A DNA stretch of 34,421 bases from Macrostomum lignano (Eukaryota): contig NIVC01004814.1 of NCBI GenBank assembly GCA_002269645.1, forward strand, positions 1 to 34,421, read 5' to 3'. The notes below the pieces were generated by a model that ran no database searches, was not told the DNA's origin, and saw only the letters and a list, made by a program, of their open reading frames with translations. Position 1 is the stretch's first letter. Each line of letters begins with the position of its first letter. The position numbers and the translations under genes were made by a program. Below, one piece after another: positions 11,313-34,421 of the stretch.

Positions 11313-11317
11313 ATTGG
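11313..11317 (+). promoter_or_regulatory. Inverted CCAAT box (CTGATTGGCTG) upstream of the first RhoGAP-locus exons
   Basis: Good NF-Y-type context just upstream of the ATGs at 11327 and 11401. Function is not shown. Confidence 0.35.
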
Positions 11318-11485
11318 CTGTCGTCAATGGCAACGAAAGAGCGTCGGTACGGCCGCACCCTGCAGCGCCTTGGGAATTGGCGAATTGCGCGCAGAGAAAA
11401 ATGATATTTATAGAGCAGCGGAAGGTGAGAGAGATGCGGCAAAGATTTCGAGTCTTACCGGTAGTTACTAGGATTTGCCCTGAAG

Positions 11486-26085
<14,600 letters not shown>

Positions 26086-26249
26086 CCTCCGGGTTAATTT
26101 TATTGACCCTCATCAAAGACTGCAGCTGCCCAGCAGCAGGATCATTACGGTTAATCTCCTGCTAAAGCCCTCATTATTTCTGTAAAAGAAACACGACCTC
26201 TCTTATCCGCCAACCTTCCTGATGCTGACCAACATTCTTTGACTAGCAA

Positions 26250-26720
26250 TCTTGACATACTTGACTCAGCTGCGGGGGGCTCCGTCTATTCGAATACAGC
26301 AGGGAGGCGTTGAAGCCCATTCTGCTAATTCTGGCGACCACGGGCAGCTAGTGCTGCGGTGTCGCGCAGAGAGATCCGGTGGTGCCGGTGTCCGCAGCGC
26401 GGTCCCCCTCCGGAGAGTCCAGGAGGTGGATGGTCGCTCGCCCGGTAGCCGTTAGGTAGCGGACAAGCTGGCAGAGATTCTCGGGCCTGAAAACGTCGGG
26501 AAGGTCCTGGTTTGGGTTTGGGCTGAGGTAGGTGAGCCTGTCCTGAGTAAAGGGGGGGCATTCACAGATGAAGTGGCAAAATGGGCATTCCTCACTGCAG
26601 ATTTTTCCCTGGAGGTGACGATGCCTGGCAAAACAGCCATGACCTGAGAGGGCCATGGTCACCGCCCTGATGTCCCTGCGGTTGAGTCAAAGCAGGGCCC
26701 TGCGGAGAACGGGGGAAGGA
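26250..26720 (-). mobile_element. Degenerate 3' end of a non-LTR retrotransposon ORF2 with a C-terminal Cys/His zinc-knuckle region (R1/LOA/I-like), plus probable 3' UTR
   Basis: Translation LL*LNRRDIRAVTMALSGHGCFARHRHLQG...CPFC.HFICECP...RLTYL...[10 protein letters not shown] fits the TGH...C-x2-C...H...C tail pattern of such LINEs. It has an in-frame stop and an apparent deletion. Clade assignment is tentative. Confidence 0.7.
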
Positions 26721-27832
26721 CAGGGGACAGACCAACAACCTAAACCAACATCAACATCCTCAGCTGGGCACCATTGCGCCAGTTTCCTGCAAAGCTTCCA
26801 AGCGATTAATGCTCTGTTTCCCAACTTTATTCAGATACCTGCGCCTCTGTGTTCTACTCATGATATTTGCTTTATTTTTGTCTGTAAAAAATCTTCTATT
26901 CGGCTTGGAGCAACAGAAGATGAAGATCTTATTAGAAACGCACAAATGTTGCTGACGTAATGACGCAATTTTTTCAAACCAAAACTATCTTAATTGCGCC
27001 TGACTAAAGACAAGATTGGTTTGCCACTGATTTCAGTTGATTATCCTGCATAAAATGGAGCTGCAATGCGCTTTATTGTACCGATGGATCTTCATCTACT
27101 TTTCTTGGCTCACACTGTATGTTGAACTTGAATAGCATAGCATACTATACAGCAATATAATTTGTTCCCGAATGAATCTCTCTGCATCAACTGCTGCTGG
27201 AAACCTTTGCATACTTTGTTCAAGTTGACTTCATTGTCTATGCAACTCGGCATCAATAGTTGATATATGCTCCATCCAATTTTCAGCTCTGGGCGCGGGT
27301 TAGTTAACTTTCTGTTACCCAGGGGACGCTTAATTAACTTTATCTAATTGATCTACTTTTCTGCAGTGTGCAAGCAGCGCCACTATGTACCGTAGCCCAT
27401 TATCATTTCCATTCTGTTATATTTTTGTCATTCGCTATATAATTATACAAGCAACAAGCTATAATATTTGTTGTTCAAATTTAACATTTTCAGTGCAAAT
27501 AAATCTGATATAAACAGCGTGAAAACTCTATGCTCACTACTTACAGTATAGTACTCGCGTCGGGAAATACAGAAATTTGTTTCTTCTTTTTGTAGTTTCA
27601 CTCTCTCAAGATTTAATGCTCAATTCACCGCAATTGGAAGTCAAGAATCTTATAACTTTTTGTTGCGCACCTTCTAAACAAAGAATCAAGTCGCCAGCCT
27701 TCCAGACGGTTGAGATATTCAAGATTTGTTATCAGAAGATCGGATATTTTCCGAAAGCGCTATTGTATTTAACGCATCCCTCAGTGCGGTTTTGTCTACC
27801 CTCCAAATTTTATTATCACAACGCCTGTCCAG

Positions 27833-28045
27833 GGTGCCTGCAGCGGGCAGTAGGACTCGGCTTGGATGATGTGGTTTGCCAGCCGGAGTCGCCGATGGTG
27901 CAACAGTTCGAGCAAGTCTGCCAGCCTCCAGGTACAGGACGGTCTCGATCACCGCCTGGAACAGCGCGGCCCTCTGGCGGTCAGCCGGGGCCTCGAACTG
28001 CAGGACAGCCCTCACGGAACAGAAGGCAGCCCAGGCAGATCTACC
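27833..28045 (-). mobile_element. Degenerate LINE (RTE-like) reverse-transcriptase C-terminal fragment
   Basis: The minus frames give AWAAFCSVRAVLQFEAPADRQRAALFQAVIETVL and LLHHRRLRLANHIIQAESYCP. These fit the AW.AF...R..LF.A.V.TVL and RRL.LAGH..R motifs of RTE-type elements. It is homologous to 32190-32325. Confidence 0.7.
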
Positions 28046-28207
28046 TACCTATCTAATTATTAGAACAATTACACAGTGAAATTTCGAGCTTATAAAGGTT
28101 TGACTTTGAGTTTGTGAAGTTTCAAACAAGCCTGTGATGACAAATAATTAGTTTATTAATAAAATCATCTCCAGCTAACACGTTATTTTGATTGCTCTCC
28201 AAGCAAC

Positions 28208-28279
28208 TCCCCGATGGTCTAGCGGTTAGGATTCCTGGCTCTCACCCAGGCGGCCCGGGTTCGACTCCCGGTCGGGGAA
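28208..28279 (+). tRNA. tRNA-Glu (anticodon CTC)
   Basis: 72 nt. Acceptor stem TCCCCGA/TCGGGGA is perfect, anticodon stem CCTGG/CCAGG encloses loop CT-CTC-AC, T arm is CCGGG-TTCGACT-CCCGG, and the discriminator is A. Confidence 0.96.
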
Positions 28280-28283
28280 AATA

Positions 28284-28288
28284 TTTTT
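28284..28288 (+). terminator. RNA polymerase III terminator (T5) of tRNA-Glu
   Basis: TTTTT 4 nt after the tRNA 3' end. Confidence 0.8.
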
Positions 28289-29317
28289 ATTGCAGATTCA
28301 AATATTATTTTCGTTTGACCTATTATTTAAAAACTAGAATCGTATGTGTATTTTTCTACATAATTTTACCGCGCCATAAGTCGAAGATCGAGGATCCCGG
28401 AACCAAGCCGATATGTTGCGCAAGTAACTTATTCGACACTAAAAAAATCGCTTATCAACCAGCCAACGTCAAAGCCCACCGAAGCCCACAAAGAGCCAGC
28501 TACATGTATTTAATAGGAAAAAGCCCGAGGCAGGCAGCCCCTAAAAACGATTACAGCGCGATGCCAGCTGAGAGACTGGGGGCGGGGCCGACCGCTCGGC
28601 GAATCCCGCTGTGCCGTTCCGAGTTGCGTCACACTCTTGTTCCAGCCCGCCCCCCGGACGCTAATCTCCGGTCTGCAGGCAGCCAGACAGCCTGCTCCTC
28701 CTCCTTAAACTCTCCTCACCTTCCCCTGTTCTCCTTCCTCACATGAGTCCACCGAGCACGTTCCCCGTTTGAAGTCATGCGGAGCAGCATATGTATAATA
28801 CGGTATTGGTTAATATTAGTTTAGTCTACAATATGCATTTATAATACTTTAAAGTAGTCGCGCCGCCGCACCTCATTAAGCATCGCCCTCCAACTCACCC
28901 CGACGGCTATTGGGTGATGAGGCTCTTCCGACATGCACAGCTGCAGCTTCCTCGACAGAAGCCCTGCATCCCGTTCCTGTCAGTTACCGTTTTTTCCTCC
29001 ACAGCTCCAGCAGATACTCCCCAGAGCCTCGAAATTGTAGCGATTTATCCCATTAGAGTCTCGGGGTCTATCGGCGAGCTTTTATCAACCTCGTGCGCTG
29101 GGAGGCGTTGCTGAATTTTGAGATAAAAAATAATTATTTTATGGCTTGGCCAGAGTTTTCGGGTAAAGCGCTGAGTCACGCGTTCTGAGGGCTCTGGGAT
29201 TTGAGAGAGTAGCCACTGCTCAGCAGGATTTATCTTCCCACTCGGTCGAGTCATTGAGTTCGATTATTTGTGGGATCATTTTGCTTTTCTTCTCAAACCG
29301 GTATCGAATATCCCTCA

Positions 29318-30267
29318 GGTGTGTCCCTTCAGGAGTGTGTGCCATTGTCCCTTCAGGAGTGTGTGCCACTGTCCCTTCAGGAGTGTGTGCCACTGTCCCT
29401 TCAGGAGTGTGTGCCATTGTCCCTTCAGGAGTGTGTGCTACTGTCCCTTCAGGAGTGTGTGCCACTGTCCTTTCAGGAGTGTGTGCCACTGTCCCTTCAG
29501 GAGTGTGTGCCGCTGTCCTTCAGGAGTGTGTGCCACTGTCCCTTCATGAGTGTGCGCCACTGTCCCTTCAGGAGTGTGTGCCACTGTCCCTTCAGGAGTG
29601 TGTGAAACTGTCCAGGAGTGTGTGAAACTGTCCAGGAGTGTGTGAAACTGTCCAAGAGTGTGTGAAACTGTCCCTTCAGGAGTGTGTGAAACTGTCCAGG
29701 AGTGTGTGAAACTGTCCAGGAGTGTGTGAAACTGTCCAGGAGTGTGTGAAACTGTCCCTTCAGGAGTGTGTGAAACTGTCCAGGAGTGTGTGAAACTGTC
29801 CCTTCAGGAGTGTGTGAAACTGTCCAGGAGTGTGTGAAACTGTCCCTTCAGGAGTGTGTGAAACTGTCCAGGAGTGTGTGAAACTGTCCAGGAGTGTGTG
29901 AAACTGTCCAGGAGTGTGTGAAACTGTCCCTTCAGGAGTGTGTGAAACTGTCCAGGAGTGTGTGAAACTGTCCCTTCAGGAGTGTGTGAAACTGTCCAGG
30001 AGTGTGTGAAACTGTCCAGGAGTGTGTGAAACTGTCCAGGAGTCCGTGAAACTGTCCAGGAGTGTGTGAAACTGTCCAGGAGTGTGTGAAACTGTCCAGG
30101 AGTCCGTGAAACTGTCCAGGAGTGTGTGAAACTGTCCAGGAGTGTGTGAAACTGTCCCTTCAGGAGTGTGTGAAACTGTCCAGGAGTGTGTGAAATTGTT
30201 TCTTCAGGAGTGTGTGAAACTGTCCCTTCAGGAGTGTGTGATACTGTCCATTCAGGAGTGTGTGCCA
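29318..30267. repeat. Composite minisatellite: 24-bp TCAGGAGTGTGTGCCACTGTCCCT grading into 20/24-bp CCAGGAGTGTGTGAAACTGT(CCCT) units
   Basis: Read directly. Confidence 0.95.
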
Positions 30268-31159
30268 ATGCCCCAATCCTTCGGGACCGGAACGCAAAAA
30301 CGAGTCAGTATCTTGAGAAGGTCACAACCTCTTGGTAGAAGCTAGCAAGCCTAATGAGCAAACATTCTGAATATATAGGCCAGCATCATTTAATATAAAG
30401 GTTATAGCCCACAGTCAATCACGTGACATATGATCGTCTATAGGCTCCTGTCTAAGCATTTCTGCAATGACGCAATACGAAATCGCACGCGAAACTATAA
30501 ACCAGCCAGCTGTCCGGTTTCCATTCCAGTTTTAAATGCTGTGTGTCTCTCAGCTGCATATAGAGACAGATGAAGTATCCATGTGGCTGGCAAAACTTTC
30601 TGAAACTTTCTCTTCCCTATTGAGCAACCAGGCGAGCTATTATGGGAAGTAGTGGAGCAGGCTGAAAAGGGGAAGAGACGAGCAGGAGGTGAAGTCCGGG
30701 ACATTTTTTGGGTGGGACTTATTTGTCAGACTTAGGAGTCAGACAATGGGCTCTCAATGAATGAATGAATGGCGAACTTGAGTGAGTGAGAGCTCCTCCT
30801 AAAAATATTCCCCCCCGGAGAAAGGAAATGTTGAGTACGGCTGGCTAGCTGCAGGAAATTCTACAAGCGGGGATGCTTCTCCAATTCAGCGAGAAACCCG
30901 ACACCCACCCTATCGATATGCGAGTATATGTAGCAACTGCGATCAAATACACCTTTGTTCTGCTCCTCTCACTACTCTCTTCCCCTCTCAATATACGAAT
31001 ATGCATTCCATTATACGATAGCTTTTGGCCCGACGAAGAGCCCATAGGCTATAGAAAACAGTAGCCATTTTTTAGAACTTAATACGCTGTGACCTCTCTT
31101 CTCTCTCACTACCCCTTCATCTCTCTCTCTCCCCAGATGGAGAACCTGTAGCGCTTGAC

Positions 31160-31290
31160 TGTGGGCCAAAGAAGGGGAGAGAGGAGATAGGAGAGGAGAA
31201 GGGAGAGGAGAGGAGAGAAAAGAGAAGAGAGAAAAGAAGAGACAAACCTTAAGCGGGCTGGATTGCTATTGTGAAGTTTCAAAGGAGCCC
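31160..31290. mobile_element. Partial relative of the hAT MITE at 10562-10962 (AG tract plus shared internal segment, no clear TIRs)
   Basis: It shares GGATTGCTATTGTGAAGTTTCAAAGGA, preceded by ACAAACC and an AG-rich tract, with 10870-10915. Confidence 0.6.
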
Positions 31291-32189
31291 TGCTCTATAC
31301 CTTTTCTCTATCTCTCTCCCCCTCTCACTCTGCCTCTCTCTCCCTCTTTCTCTCCTCTACTCCTCCCTTTCTAACCTCTATCTCCCTCTCAACCTCTCCC
31401 CTCTTCCCCCCTATCAATGCTACTGCATGGATCTACTCTTCTGCCCCAAAACTAAATAATATTCTTCATCTTGCCAGCCTCCTCTGTTATGAAAAGAATC
31501 GCTATGTTTAAGATTTCTAAGAATGTGATACTTTTTTAAGACAGTTCACTAACTCAGCTAATGAAGGTTGAGACGCTATGTGGGCTAGTATAGCGAATTT
31601 ATAAGGAGAATCTGGGATAAGGGAAAGCGAAATTCTGCAAAGCGTTTGGTAAGGAATAAAAATATTGATAATGGCGCTCCCAATCCCGTCCGGGGATTAA
31701 CCTGATTAGCGCTGGGTGTGTGCGCAAGCGATTGCGTAATATCTATCACATGTTGGATGCTGGGACGGACTCGCCACAGATATGCAGATGCGGGAATTAG
31801 GACCGTTTTTGAGATGAGGATGAGAGACTGGAATCAGAAACTGATGGAAGAGGAGAGAGTTGATGAGGCCGAACTGACAGTCCTGGATACTCTCCTTCCC
31901 TAAAATCTGCACCCATATCGACTCATTGATCCCGTCCCGTCATTCGGGATTTGAGAATAGCATTTGCTGACTGACTGAGCAGCTTGACTCCGCTGTCTTG
32001 AAGGGGGGGAGGGCGATGTTGCCGTTCTGAGTCTTGACTCACTTTTTGGGATAATTTCGCTGGTACTTGGGATCAAAATGGTCAGGTGTTTTGGGACGGA
32101 GTCTCTGAGGGGGGGTTAACAACAACAGCAACAACAAAAACAACAACAACAACAACATACGCTGTCTTAAAGAGATCTACGTCAAAGGC

Positions 32190-32325
32190 CGCGTCTCTGG
32201 TTGCCGGGCAGAGTCAGCAAAAAGAAGCTCTTGCACCGGCTTTGTGCGGTACGACTCGGCCGGATGATGTGGCCCCCAGCTGGAGTCGCCGACGATGCAA
32301 CACTGAAACAGGTCACCAGACCAAT
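32190..32325 (-). mobile_element. Second degenerate RTE-like LINE fragment
   Basis: About 50 bp align with 27854-27905. With frameshifts the minus strand gives LHRRRLQLG.HIIR, AESYRTKPVQELL and LLTLPGNQRRG. Confidence 0.6.
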
Positions 32326-32544
32326 CTGAATGGATCACCTGTCAGCGATCAGGGAGTCTAGAGGCCAGGGCTGGGAGACGGAGAAAGGAATCAGGGCCCA
32401 GGGGTCGGGGGTCTCTGGTCTCGACGTACTTGACTTGGCTGCATGGGGGGGGGTCGATGCAGCGTGGAGGCGGAGAGACCACCCATTCCGCTAGCCCCTG
32501 GCGAGCCCCCAGGGGTCAGGGTCAGTCAGGCTCAGAGTCAGAAT

Positions 32545-32755
32545 TGGGTTAAAGGGGTTGGGGTCAGGGTTTGGAGAAAGGGGGTCAAGGTTTGGAGAAA
32601 GGGGGTCAGGATTTGAAGAAAGGGGGTCAAGATTTGGAGAAAGGGGGTCAGGGTTTGGAGAAAGGGGGTCAGGGTTTGCAGAAAGGAGGTCAGGGTTTGG
32701 AAAAAGGGGGTCAGGATTTGGAGAAAGGGGGTCAGGGTTCGGAAGAAGGGAGTCA
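32545..32755. repeat. 21-bp minisatellite (GGGGGTCAGGGTTTGGAGAAA)
   Basis: Read directly. Confidence 0.93.
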
Positions 32756-33683
32756 GGGACGTGGGACATGGGTCAGCGATCTGGGATTAATTTGATTAGG
32801 AGAGGACCGGCACGCAGCCATGAAATAAAAATCTGCTTTCCATTAACACCAGGCTCAAGTTCTGTCTGCATATTTATTATTGGATGAAGAATTAAACCCT
32901 TTCCACATTGTTTATCACTTGTCAAATGCGCGTTGAGTCCTGAAATGAGTTCCTTCAAGTTTTATAGGAAACCAGCGGAAAACATTCTCGATAAGACAGA
33001 TTGCTGCACCAGCACTGCGGAAGGTCAGAACCAAATTTTCTTCATTCCTGACGCTGACAGTAGCTGCGGCAGACGCAGCAAGGACAAAACCAAAACGCAA
33101 CAGTCAATTTCCATGACAAACGAGACCAGAAAAGAATATACGAGTTAACAGAAGACAGTACAGAAAAATGCAACAACTTGCTGATCCAGATCCGGGGCAA
33201 AGTTCGAAATATGATACGCACTGTCGCGCGGGCTTTTGTTGATCATGTGACAAAAACAGGAAACTCTTAAGTTGACTGACTTAGTCCTAAAGTCATCTAA
33301 GTTTTAAGTCCAGTTCAAGGTATAATTTCAGTAACAAACGCTTTGAAAGATCTTGCTTTGTACTCGTACTTATTTGCCCTATTTTTGTTAAATTTAGTGT
33401 TTTTCATTGAATAATGAATAGGGTTAGTTAAGTAAAGCTTACTTGACCTGGGCTTGGTAAAGCGAGGAGGAGAAGGGCCATGGCGGAGGGGGTGGGTGGT
33501 GGGGCCTGGCCGTCTCCTCGCCTGCAATTGGCTGGTGAGGTTCTAGATTGAAAAAGCTTTTAGGATTGAGGTTGGGGTGGTGGGTGTCCTGTTTAAAATG
33601 CTATTAAACCCAGGCCTAACCCTCCGCGTAGGCCTTTAGCATTCATTCCTTGATTATAAAACCAATTCAACCGGTCTTGCGTC

Positions 33684-33870
33684 TATCTAAATTAGTTTAG
33701 TAATTCCTTGATAATAAAACACTTTGACCGGACTGCTAACTTATCTAAATTAGTTTAGTAATTCCTTGATAATAAACCACTTTGACTGGACTGCTAACTT
33801 ATCTAAATTAGTTTAGTAATTCCTTGATAATAAACCACTTTGACCGGACTGCTAACTTATCTAAATAAGT
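33684..33870. repeat. 58-bp tandem repeat, 3.2 copies
   Basis: TATCTAAAT starts at 33684, 33742, 33800 and 33858. Confidence 0.93.
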
Positions 33871-33878
33871 TTATCAAA

Positions 33879-34214
33879 ATGGCAATGGGACTAAGCCTTT
33901 GTCTGACGTGCTTGCTCACCGCAATCTTAATGTCGCTGCTGACAGAAGCGGGCTCAATGCCAACTGAGATAGACTGCTCAAGATATAAAAGTCAATACAC
34001 CAACTCGCATATCGGCGCATTCAGAGCCCTGGCCGAGGCCGACTTGGTCATAGAATCCAAATCGATGACAATCAACGTGGACTCTAACAGCAGAGAAGAG
34101 ATCAGTGTTCAACTGAACTGCTCGCTGAAGGGCGATCCCCGCCAGGATCAGCTGCTTGTTCGCCTGCTGCACAGCGCACTCGATGCGTTGATGCAGAAGC
34201 TCTCGGCACAGTGA
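33879..34214 (+). CDS. Putative secreted protein (signal peptide, 111 aa to the first stop; may extend beyond it)
   Basis: MAMGLSLCLTCLLTAILMSLLTEAGS is signal-peptide-like, and the rest is non-repetitive with 2 Cys. The family is not established. Confidence 0.55.
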   Translation: MAMGLSLCLTCLLTAILMSLLTEAGSMPTEIDCSRYKSQYTNSHIGAFRALAEADLVIESKSMTINVDSNSREEISVQLNCSLKGDPRQDQLLVRLLHSALDALMQKLSAQ

Positions 34215-34421
34215 CTACCAATAATCCAACAGCAGATTTGTGTTCGCGCTAAGCGCCGCCGGAGCCGCCCAGCCGGTTGGGATCTACTTGACGGTGGTCT
34301 GTTCTCTGCCGAAGATTTCTACAAGCTATTCACGGCAACGGCTGCAATGCAACAGATGTCACATCGATTTACAGCGGTACCTGTCGTGCAGCATCAGAAA
34401 GCACAGCGAGCCAATGCTTTA

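Noticed and set aside
29045-31064. Short non-repetitive ORFs at 29045-29254 and 30845-31064 as exons
   Set aside because: No recognisable motif and no convincing pair of splice sites.

Overview
Eukaryotic (metazoan) genomic DNA. It has GC-rich spliced exons in introns packed with minisatellites and retroelement debris. This style suggests a flatworm such as Macrostomum, which is an inference only. Two spliced genes could be rebuilt by hand with consistent GT-AG phases: a 7-exon MATE/SLC47 transporter on the minus strand (4131-8409, 511 aa) and a SAM-RhoGAP-START gene of the DLC1/STARD13/cv-c family on the plus strand (to 26085, about 1,016 aa; its 5' exons are uncertain). The window also holds an intact tRNA-Glu(CTC), a complete 401-bp hAT MITE with a perfect 8-bp target-site duplication, two copies of a tRNA-headed CORE-type SINE, three LINE remnants, a signal-peptide ORF at the right edge, and about 16 tandem arrays. 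Most long ORFs in the supplied track are artefacts of those arrays. I cannot support a wholly new biological system. The best leads are mutually inverted, related minisatellites flanking MATE exon 2, a 365-codon repeat ORF in phase with the first RhoGAP coding exon, and a TGA-CTA stop followed by an open frame in the secreted ORF.
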